This document shows positions 1 to 10,102 of a DNA stretch of 41,938 nt, in pieces. This DNA is from Halocafeteria seosinensis. Its lineage: Eukaryota. Each line of letters opens with the position of its first letter. Position 1 is the stretch's first letter. The position numbers and the translations under genes are program-made. Under the pieces are notes generated by a model. The model ran no database searches. It saw only the letters and a list, made by a program, of their open reading frames with translations, and was not told the origin of the DNA. Location: NCBI GenBank assembly GCA_001687465.1, contig LVLI01000319.1, forward strand, positions 62,001 to 103,938. Reading direction: 5' to 3'.

Positions 1-906
1 AGAACAGTCAATCGCATCGATGCGGGAATCGTCTAACTGTACGTTTTATGTAAGGCACATTCCCCCAAGCATGAAAATACTTTATCCGGTTTTTGTACAT
101 AAGCAGTGGCCATGACCACCCCTGCGACACCATTTGCTACTAGCATGAGCAGATACGGGAAAGTCGATGCGGCCCTGGACTATCACTCCCTCTTCGTCGC
201 TGAAGGGCTGCCGAAAGCTGTTGCCTCACTGAGTGGCAAGTTCTTGGACTGTAATGCAATGTTTACGTGGCTGACGGGATACTCTCGAGACAAGCTCACT
301 AGTTTGTCGTTCTTCGATCTAACTCCTGAGCGAGAGCTAAACAAGACCCAAGCAATGGTTGGAGAATTGCTATCTCTCTGCCAAGGTGAATGTAGTTACA
401 ACGGATGCTGTTCGAAATCCTTTCGAAAGGAATGTATCTTCAATGACAGACTGGAAGAAGTTTACATTATTCTGTCGTTGGTTTGCAAAGAACAAGGGTC
501 TCCTCAGCATTTTGCCTGCACGGTGCTCCCGCTGGTATATGCGGACGCCAGAGCTCAGTCTGTGTTCTGCGTAGACGTCGATGGGAAGGCGGAACGGACG
601 AAGTCCCTTCCCACGACAGGCTCGAACTGCTGCTCATTGTCGTTTACCCACCATCCTCAAGTACCGGTTGGAACGCAGTCCACTCAAGGAAACAGCTCGT
701 CCTTACAGATACATGGGGGACAGGTTCCGTCTATAGCCATACCTGAACACGTCCCCGACGAATCATTTGACACTTATTCGGACATGAATGAATTGAATTT
801 CCCGGCAACGGGCATGGACCACTCTGGAAGTGAGTTCTTTGGGACGCCGTGGAGCCAACCGACCTCGGAGGATAATCCATTTCCATCGTCCACCTATTTT
901 GGATAG
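1..906 (+). CDS. bHLH-PAS transcription factor, paralog 1 (5'-truncated by the window edge; linker exon end plus PAS exon)
   Basis: PAS core LDYHSLF...PKAVASLSGKFLDCNAMFTWLTGYSRDKL...FFDLTPE is closely similar to paralog 2. A phase-1 intron at 39-106 (GTACGT...AAGCAG) joins EQSIASMRESSN to the 106-906 ORF, at the same relative position as the last intron of the other paralogs. The bHLH itself lies upstream of the window and is inferred from paralogy. Confidence 0.8.
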
Positions 907-1000
907 CGGCACTTGAATCATTAAAATTATGCATATTTCGTGTTTTCGCGCGACAACGTGTGCTCGCGCGTCTTGTTCCATGCAACTATCCATGGACGTC

Positions 1001-1253
1001 TTCCGGTAGGAGCAATACCATAGGATAGGATACAGTTTTAGCATTTAGTTCTCTGCTTTCCACCTCAACGACGAATGTCAAACCGATATCAGAAGTCGCC
1101 TCCCCCTATCTTTATGGAAGCGTCGCCACTCAATTTACTTTCCATTCCGATGGTCTGTTTGCACAATATCGAGCACCATATAATTGCACAACTCTCAAAT
1201 CGTCGTGAAAGTGCACGCGTATGAGTTTATATACTGTAGTGCTCCTACCGGAA
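1001..1253. repeat. Non-coding element bounded by 18-bp inverted repeats (17/18 match)
   Basis: TTCCGGTAGGAGCAATAC (1001-1018) is the reverse complement of GTAGTGCTCCTACCGGAA (1236-1253) apart from one mismatch. No clear target-site duplication. Confidence 0.7.
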
Positions 1254-1709
1254 AGAATCTAGTCTACATGATACACTGCTAAACCCCTCCAGTAATCAAT
1301 CCAGTGTCCTCACGTAGAGGCTTATCAACGCTATAGGCTATAGCCCGCATAGTGCAACCTGATTCCGCACCTGTCGTGCTGTGTAAATAGCTCCGATACG
1401 CTGCTTCCGCTGCTGAAGTTCCGAGCCGCAGCATGATGTTGTACTTCAATAATGGCATTCAACGGTGGAGCCAAAGAGCCCCACACTTGCAAGTTTAGAA
1501 AGCTAATTTGGAGTCGAACTTTTTTGGCAAAATTTTGGGAGTACTTTCCCCAAGATACTCCGGTGTTGTTCGTTTTCCCTCTGCTGCCTGCTTAACGGAA
1601 GATTGAACAGCGAGCCGTGCCATACGAGCAAAACCATTTGTGTTCGTTCGATAGTGGGACGCCCAGTACTGTTCCAACAAGCAGGAAGTTCCCAAAGCTC
1701 CAGGGAACG

Positions 1710-3252
1710 ATGAAACGAAACCGAACAGAAGCTGGCGGAAGAGGATACGAAAGGTACGTGCCTGTCCGCCAACCTCAAGGTCAACAGCAGGGGTACCGAT
1801 CATGGAGTTCTCTGTCGCCGCCCTACACTCCATATGTGCATTGGATCTACCGTGCAAGTATAAATGCAATGTATTGTCCAGTGGCAAGAGGCAGGGGGTA
1901 TCGTCTTTGGTTTTGGAATACTGTAGAAGCTTCGTCAAGTCCGTAGAGAAGCTCGACCGACAGGATCCGTCCTTTGTACAGTTGCTAGGTCATCTGATCC
2001 CCAGCTGAAACACCGTGCAAATGTGTTATGCAGTTTCTCTGGAGCGAATGTAGATGATGCCCTTCCAAGAGAAAAGGCATTGCTAACAACGACACAGCGT
2101 GGAAGTGGGAGGAGGAGGAGAACTGAGTAAGTGAAACCGTGCGATACCATTCGTGGCTCTGAGAAATCGGCTGCGTATTCGGTGAACAGCAAGGAAAGAC
2201 AAAACCACAACCAGGCAGAACAAAAGCGAGCAGGAAGAATTCGAAATAAAATCGAAGAGCTGGAAAATACTTTAACAGTGAGCGCTGCTTGGTGCGAGTG
2301 GCAATGCTTCTAGCGACAGAAATCATACGATGTTTGACTGACAATACAGACCGCCGGGAAAGAAACCAAACGAGACCGGGCTTCCGTGTTGTCAAGCGCA
2401 GTATCGTATATCAATGAGCTAGAAGAAAGAGTGGACCGCATGCACCAAGATTCTAACGGTAGTTACGGTGCGCTTGCAGACGCATGTATGTTACCCATAC
2501 GTATTTTAAAAGTTGACATTATTATTGCCGTTGCAGATACGAAGTTTCCTTCAAATGCGGCTTCTGGAATTTATGGAGAGGCATACAGTGCAGCTTCTAG
2601 TAGTGCACAGCAAAACTATCTAAACTACAAGTCTCTCTTCCTTACTGATGGTCTACCGAAAGCTATAGTGTCTCTAGACGGAATTATTTTAGACTGCAAC
2701 GCAATGCTTTGCTGGTTTACCGGTTATTCACGAGCAGAACTACTGCAAATGTCTTTCTTCTCTTTAATGCCTACACCAGAGGCGGAATCCACTAAAGAAG
2801 CGGTGAAAGGGTTGTCAGCCAATGTTGTCGACTGGGATTCTGAAGTAGTTTGCTGTTCCATGTCGTACCGGAAGCAATTCATTCTGAAAGAAGGAGTAGC
2901 ACAAGTTTACACCTCGCTCTCCATGGGATGCGATGAAGAGCAAATACCGCATTTTGATTCCCAACATTTTGTATGCACTATATTGCCACTTATCTATCCC
3001 GAATTACGAAAACGCTCATTGTTTTGTATAGATATCGACGGAAGACTCCTGCAAACGTCGCTAAGTGAAGATACTGCACCGGGTGAGTGCTCGTTGAGGT
3101 TCGCAGACCGAACATGCTCCTTTCTGGAGAGCCAGGCTCAAAGGGGGCAGCACTTGTCCCAGGCCTTGGCACCGGCTCCTAGAACAGCGACAGATGGGAC
3201 GTCTCTGGTGCTGTCTCACAACCCTTTAGACTCAGACTATTCGCCGGATTAG
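1710..3252 (+). CDS. bHLH-PAS transcription factor, paralog 2
   Basis: Model: exons 1710-1753, 2034-2126, 2190-2277, 2350-2485, 2537-3252; introns 1754-2033, 2127-2189, 2278-2349 and in-frame 2486-2536, all GT-AG. Spliced bHLH: KERQNHNQAEQKRAGRIRNKIEELENTLT|TAGKETKRDRASVLSSAVSYINELEERV. PAS: YKSLF...AIVSLDGIILDCNAMLCWFTGYSRAEL. The start codon and first intron are less certain. Confidence 0.85.
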
Positions 3253-4073
3253 TGGTTTCGGACCGGGGCATCTAAGTATGTAATAAGGCAAGTTACATAA
3301 GATTTGCCAAAACTCGCAGATTTAGTTGGCACACACACAAATGTGACAGATAGCCCACCGGCCGGCAGCTCCTCCAACTGCGTAAATTGAGTCTTGGCCA
3401 TAAAGATTCGGCTCCACAACTTGCGGGTAGTTTTTTGGCTTACAGCGTCTGTTTTTACAATGCTGCATTCTTTACTATGAAGCGGGGCAGCTCTTGTCTG
3501 TCATCGAAATCTTTGCGGTTCCCCGATTCATAAGCAATCCGCATGAATGACATACCGGTTTTTGCTAACTTGCGGAACAGTTGCGCCAGTACAGCAGCTA
3601 AACTCAGGAATAGTTCGCGAGTACTAGGAAGTTCCGTGCAACCAGCAGTATGCACCTCTGTACAGTGAGTGGAAAAGTTACATTGTAAGTTGTACGAACT
3701 ATCCAGACAGGATTTTAAGTCGATTGTGGCTTGGGGGGAGATCTCATCGCAACGTTGGAACCGTGCGGGCGATATCAAACGCACCTAATTCTGTTGGTGT
3801 TTATAACACCATCAATTCTCTTATTTTTTCGTAAGTCCTTTTTATAGCCAGCGTGTAAGCGGCCAGCAAGAGAGTCGCTGCCTCGCTGTGGTTCGGGCAG
3901 AATCCAGCTGGTTGTCTAATTACCGGTACAAGTACAATGGTTGAATATTTGGTGTTTGTTGATAGTTTTACAAACAAACGTTCCTTCAGTAGGTTTACGT
4001 CAAATTAAAGAAATAAAGCTCGCGATTTCTACCTCCACCTCGTATGTATAACCTTGGTTGCGCAACAACGACG

Positions 4074-5423
4074 ATGAATAGTCCGCCAAAAAGGCCTCGT
4101 GAAACATCGCCTTCTATTTGCGATACTAGTTTCCCAGGGTGAGTTACAGCTCCTCAGTACTATTCTCTGGTGTTTATTGCGTTCAATGGAACAATCGAGG
4201 AACTGGTATTGTTTGGATGATATGTCGTATCGAACGCAGAATGGAATCCCCGTCAGCGTCGCCACCTCTTCAAGGTCCCCCGCAATTGAGCAATGCGATG
4301 GAGAATGTCTCCACAAATGGCTCAGCTCGCATAGAGTGCGTTCATCATGATGCCCGTCTTACAGCTGATGTTGTATCATGCCACGTGGTTCGCTCTTGCA
4401 CCCTGCCAGATCCTGTCGCTCTAGTCACAACATGGTGGAACGACGCCGAGCTCAAAAAATGAGGGAAAAAATCGGCACATTAGCGAGTATAGTAGCTGTA
4501 AGTACTCTCCCGGGTGCTCTTGGGTAGCTGGTGATCTATATGTGCTTATTCTCGGTGGCTTTGCCAGAGAGCTGGCAAGACCACCAAGAGAGATAAGAAC
4601 TCCATCCTAGCTGCCACAGTCGACTATGTTAGGGAGCTTGAGGAAAAGGTTAGTCGAGCTGGTGAACAACATGATGAATGTAAGTAACGATGTGCATTAT
4701 CGTGTGGTGAAGGCAAGTTCATTTTAATATAAGATGGAGTTCCGGGCCTCAGTGTCTCGGAGAAATTGCAGTGGTCCCAACAGTCGTCGAGAACGCTACT
4801 ACGAACGACTGTTTAACTCCTGTACGGTTCCTCAGGCCGTTATATCCCTTGAAGGAAAATTCTTAGACTGCAATGATAGCTTTTGCTCTTTGGTAGGATA
4901 TTCGAAAGAGGCAATGTTGCAGCTTTCGGTATTTAGTATGACCCCTGAGAATGAGCAGGCGAGAAGCCAAGGAATAATTTCTGACATGCTGTCGCATTGT
5001 GAGAAAGGTGTGGGCGGACAACCGATTCAGAGGTCTTTTCGTAAAGAAATAATCGCACGGGGGAAGCAGCTTGAACTAAGTGTTTCCACGTCGTTAGTAT
5101 GCGATGACCGAGGGCGTCCGGAGTACTTCGTATCTAGTGTGATGGAAGCGATCCCGGTTTCCACGTGCCGCGAGAAAGAAGAAAGGTACGCTGAGGCCAG
5201 TGGAATGTCATCACTGGATGACACAGGCATGGTTACAGATCGAACTTGTCGAGGAATACCTACGGTGGCCTATAGAGATCATGTTACTGAGATCCCGATG
5301 GATCAAGATTCATTATCACTTGAAGGTGAAAATAGTTTCCCTGAATGGGAGGTAGTGCATACTGCGGCTCCAGCCTCTCCGAGTGTGAGTAAGTTCCCGT
5401 ACGCTTCTACTGAAACATGCTGA
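4074..5423 (+). CDS. bHLH-PAS transcription factor, paralog 3
   Basis: Model: introns 4139-4239, 4336-4409, 4498-4567, 4680-4752. Spliced bHLH: SHNMVERRRAQKMREKIGTLASIVA|RAGKTTKRDKNSILAATVDYVRELEEKV. PAS: YYERLFNSCTVPQAVISLEGKFLDCNDSFCSLVGYSKEAML, with a PAC-like SLVCDDRGRPEYFV. The N-terminus has a KRPR NLS-like motif. Confidence 0.88.
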
Positions 5424-5809
5424 TAGGGTCAGCACTTCAGAACCATCTACTGAATTCTAGCCCCAGCTTGCGAGAAACTCTGAGCTCATGCTCATGGTTG
5501 TAGAAATTTTCTGCCGACAAAATCGTTCATGCACAGCTATTCGTGAGACATTCCTCGTAACATCAGATGGTAATAGCACATACATCTGAAATATGTGCTG
5601 TGGGGCACTTCGTCACAAAAGTTGTGGATCTACCTTCCACCTTGAAGTGCGGCGGAAAAAAAAGGGGAATGTCATCATCCTTGACTCACCATTCGTCTAC
5701 CTACGCATTTCACATTTTTCTAGATTGATTTTCATGCGTGTGTGTTCCTGAACATTAATAAGCCATCAAACTAGCTAGATTGTAGTGAACTTGTGGTGCA
5801 TCGTACCGA

Positions 5810-7183
5810 ATGGCTGCTGCTACGATGGAATCGGCTCGCAAGAGGGCTCGAACGAACTCCGGTTGCCTGGGAGACGACTCAGTGTAAGTCCATTTCTCTC
5901 CATCTATCGTGGCGCACGGTAGTTTCACTAGGAGACGAATTTAATACTCGTGGGATTACGCGGCTCTTGTTTGCACAGATCGGCTGATGCTGATGGATCC
6001 TTGTACCCCGGGGAGTCTGATTCAACCTCAACGAGATCCACACAGAGGAATCGGTACGTCACCAAGTGTTTACATCAAGGAAAGACCCTCGACCTCAAGG
6101 TATATTTGGTTGGGTAGGTACAGAGATCGACTGACCCATAACCTTTCGGAACGGAGGCGTTCACGGAATCAGCGTCACCAGATTGATCGCTTGGGAACTA
6201 TCCTTGCCGTAAGTTCGACGGTATTCTAATGCAGGAATGTACTCTAAGTACCCCTTTTTGATGTTTTTTTCAGAGGGCCGGGAAAGTGATCAAGAGGGAT
6301 AAGAACTCTGTGTTGGAGAGTACGGTCGATTACGTTCAGGAGCTGGAAGAAAAGTTGGCATCTGTTACTGGGGCCTCTCAACAGAATCATCATGTCCATC
6401 AGTCGAGCAACGGTAAGGTGCATCGTTCTACAGTACAACAGAATTGTAGAGTCGGATAAATTGAAGTATATTATCTATTTTGTGTTGACAGGGACGTTGT
6501 CTCTTCGTGGAAGTGAAAACAACGGAGGAATTAATTATCGAAGAATCCTCCACGCGTCGGGCGTCGCTCAGTTGATAGTGTCCCCTGACTACTCCATCCT
6601 TGATTGCAATGAAGTTTTCTGCTCCTTTGCTCAGCGCTCAAGAGAGGCATTACTCAATCGTTCAATTTTGAGTATAGCACCTGAGGAGGACAAGTGCAGA
6701 ACACGTACGAACCTGCAGAACTTAGTCGCCTACAGCCGCACAAACGACCTACGCAACTCGTATGTTACCCACAAGTCCCGAAAAACGCATACCGTAAATG
6801 GAGAGAGAATGCAGCTGGTGGTGACGACATCTCTGCTGTGTGATAGCAGTGGGAAACCAGAGCACTTCGTATCGACTATAGTGCCAATCCCCTTAGCTTC
6901 GATGTCTACAAGCAGTGACAGTCATACCGAAGCTAACTCCGTGGATCCATCTTGTTTAGAATGGGGAAATGCAGCAGATATAAATGCGTCGCAGAATGTG
7001 GCCAGTCCGTCGTTGGGTTCTATTGGTTCTGTCTCGATATCGCGGTCTGATGACGGCCACGACACAGCCGGCCGGTTTTTATTAGATGAAGAAGCGGATA
7101 CCTGCCATGGGGATCTAAGTCCTGCGAGGTCCGTGGATTCTGGAGTACATCTGGGAACACACTTCCCTGACTACTGTTCCTAG
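5810..7183 (+). CDS. bHLH-PAS transcription factor, paralog 4
   Basis: Model: introns 5884-5978, 6054-6123, 6209-6273, 6413-6491. Spliced bHLH: THNLSERRRSRNQRHQIDRLGTILA|RAGKVIKRDKNSVLESTVDYVQELEEKL. PAS: INYRRIL...IVSPDYSILDCNEVFCSFAQRSREALL, with a PAC-like SLLCDSSGKPEHFV. The N-terminus has RKRAR. Confidence 0.88.
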
Positions 7184-7317
7184 GCAATTTGTACAATTGT
7201 AACTTGTATTTGCTAGCAAAGTGCTGTTGTGCTGCTTCCATGTCGAATCACAAAGTATCTTGGGTGGTACAACCAAATCCGGTATGGACTAGTACTCTTG
7301 TGAACCGCCAAACTACG

Positions 7318-9803
7318 CTATGCTCGTCGTCGTTTCTTTAGCAGTTGCATGGCCATGTTTTCGGTTTCGTCCAAGGTTTGTGGGACCGTTTTACCGTCGT
7401 GATTTGTCCCTTCTTCTTCAACATCCTTCTCCTTCGCTTCTGACTCTTCATCCTCATCGTCTTCAGGTTGTTCTCCGTCCGCATCACCATCCTCAGCATT
7501 CGCAAGTTGTACGTTTCTCTCCTCGTTTTCTTCGTCAGAATCGCTTTCAAGAGCGCCTTTCGCGCGCAGGCGTTCTTCCCGATGTTTTTCCCGAATCCTT
7601 TCTCTATACTTGTCTTTATCGGCAGGATCGGCCTGTTGAATTCTCTGCCGTACTTGTTCAGCATATTTATCGTGTCCTTCATGATCCCGCTTTCCAAGAT
7701 GCCTATTTCCATTAGTTTGGCTGGCTACGTTCTGTAGGCGGTGAGCATCACGATCACCTTCACCCAGTTTCTTCGTGGCGTCAGTAGCTTTCTGTAACTT
7801 TTGCTTTTCGTACCACTCCAGCCCCTTCATATCATTCTCACTAACAAGTTCAGAATCAAACTCTGTATTTTGTTCAGGCTTTATTGTCCTTCTGACTGAA
7901 AGGAAGCCATCATCGTCGGCAGCACTTTGTGCGTCTTCGTCCTCATCAGAGCTACTTTCTTCCTCATCATCAGTCGCACTTTCAGAAGACGAAGCTGAGC
8001 CATCACTGGAGGATCCTCCTTTATCATTGGTCTCGCTTTCTCCAGTTGATTCATCATTGGCCTTCGCTTCTTCAGCTACCTTTCGTCTAAGTTCCTCTAC
8101 TTGTGCAGGTTTATTTTTCTGCTCGCGAACCTTCTCTCGGTTCTTAAATCGCTTCAGGAACTTCAGTGAGGGGGTGTTGGCCAGGCCTAACGACTCGGAA
8201 AACTGCTCCACAGGTAGAACATTGACGTCGAATATGTCTTTTCTTGGCTGGAGCATTATTGAGCGCAAATAAGAGCGGAAGGCACCCTGTGCTGTCTGTT
8301 TAAGATGAGGGTCGGCGGCCACTTCAGCCGCAATTTTGTTTGTCACAGACACTGCTTTGTCTGCGTTTATTTTGATCTGGCGCAAGGGGATCTTATGCTC
8401 TTTCAGCAGCGGTACCATGGCAGGCGCTTCGCTCGGGAGTAACACCAGCAACGAGTTACCACTCCGAAGAAATCTCGCTGTACGCCCTACTCGGTGGACG
8501 TACGATTCTGGATCCTCCGGGCAGTCCAATTGAAGTACCCAGTCGACATTTGGAAAGTCTAAGCCTCTAGCTGCTATATCTGTAGCGAACATTACAGCGG
8601 AGTTCTTCTTCAGCTGTATTTGGAGCCAAAGTAGTGACAGCAGAATCTATTAACACGAAGAAAGGTACGGCGTGCAAATGTTTTAGCACTTACGAAGTCA
8701 TAGTAGATATACATCCGCCGTTCTTGCTTCATCTTCCCGTGTAGATGTAGTAGCGGTACTCCTGGTCGGATCCTCCTAAACGCCTCAAATAGGAAACGCA
8801 CTTGCTTGCAAGAAGAAACAAAAACGATAGATTTATTTTTCAAGTGAGTTTTTATAAAACTGTACAGTACGTTCAGTTTGTCGCCCAAGCGAGAGATTAC
8901 ATATGTTTGCGTCAGTTTCGTTGGTGTTACCTGGTCACTTTTGCTATGAACGGATAGATATTCCGGATCTTTCAAAGATAATCGTGCTAGCTGATTAACA
9001 TCCTTTGTTTGTGTTGCCGAAAATAATAGAGTCTGACGCTGCGGATGCACCGGCACCTGAGATATAATTGAATCCATCGTGTCTTTGAAACCCATATCTA
9101 GGATCCGATCCGCCTCATCAAGCACGAGCATTCGGACTCCTGTGACTTCAAATTCAGGAGTTTGCTCCATGTGTTGTAATAGTCGTCCAGGTGTCGCTAT
9201 CAAAATATTGAAGTGTTGTATGTAAAGTTGTTCATCTGCAAAGTCTTTCCCTCCACAAATGAGTCCAGCCGTGAGTGAGTAGTGGTAGCTCGCGACACTT
9301 TTCAAGACCTCCATGATTTGCATTGCTAATTCCCGTGTAGGGGAGATCACCAACGCACCCAAGCCGTCTTCGGTACTCCAACTTGCATGAAACAGCTTCT
9401 CCAAAACTGGAACCAGGAAGGCCAGAGTCTTCCCGGAGCCCGTTTTTGCTGCCCCCAAAATATCGCGTCTGCACGAATAAAGACAAGCATGCTGAACATA
9501 AAAAATACACACTGGTATAGGAACATATCTCCCTTACCCTGCTAATGCATGGGGTATAGCGCATCGTTGAATTTCCGTCAATTGGGAGAATTTCGCCTTT
9601 TGCAAGCCATTGAATGTGTACCGCGAGATCGGCAGCTGCGCGAACGTCGTCGCTGCCACATCCTGAGATCCTCGAGGTGGACTTTCGGTTGCTATACGCT
9701 CTTGGAGCTGCTTAATCTCGATTTGTTCACGCTTCACGGTGCTGATTTTGGTCTTGGTGGGGGCCCTTCCCCCCTTGTTTTTACCTCGTTTCGGCGGCGG
9801 CAT
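7318..9803 (-). CDS. DBP4: DEAD-box RNA helicase Dbp4/DDX10 (SSU processome)
   Basis: Q motif (FSQLTEIQ), [67 protein letters not shown] and an acidic C-terminus. Introns at 9469-9537 and 8614-8693 join ORFs 9534-9938, 8610-9512 and 7318-8592 in frame. Confidence 0.95.
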
Positions 9804-10102
9804 TTCCACAGACACACAGAAAATGAATCTTTGTAACATGCAGTATGTATTCAAGCCATTGGAGCTCCAATATTCAACGCACAATGTAGTGTATACAGTA
9901 GTTAAACATGCTTGAAGTGACACGGACCTCAACTTCAACCTATATCCCTTCGGAAAGTGTGGAATCGCAGCAGGAAGTTACTGTGCTACAACATTAAATT
10001 CTTGTGTATTCATTTCCGTTCATTATGTAAGGCAAAGACACTTAACTTCTTTGGAATTTATGGAAGAAGTCTCGCATAAGACCAATTCAACTCAACGGTC
10101 AG

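Noticed and set aside
3253..4073. Short hairpins and the 109-aa minus-strand ORF (3455-3784) between paralogs 2 and 3
   Set aside because: Stems of 7-11 bp (some with G-U pairs) are expected by chance. The ORF has a non-ATG start and no recognisable motif.
5544..5677. Nested stems (GACATTCC/GGAATGTC enclosing two hairpins) upstream of paralog 4
   Set aside because: Each stem is only 8-10 bp and no family motif is present. It cannot be separated from background without a folding z-score.
106..7183. Aureochrome/LOV photoreceptors
   Set aside because: The TGYSR motif resembles LOV, but GxNCRFLQ is absent and the DNA-binding domain is bHLH, not bZIP.
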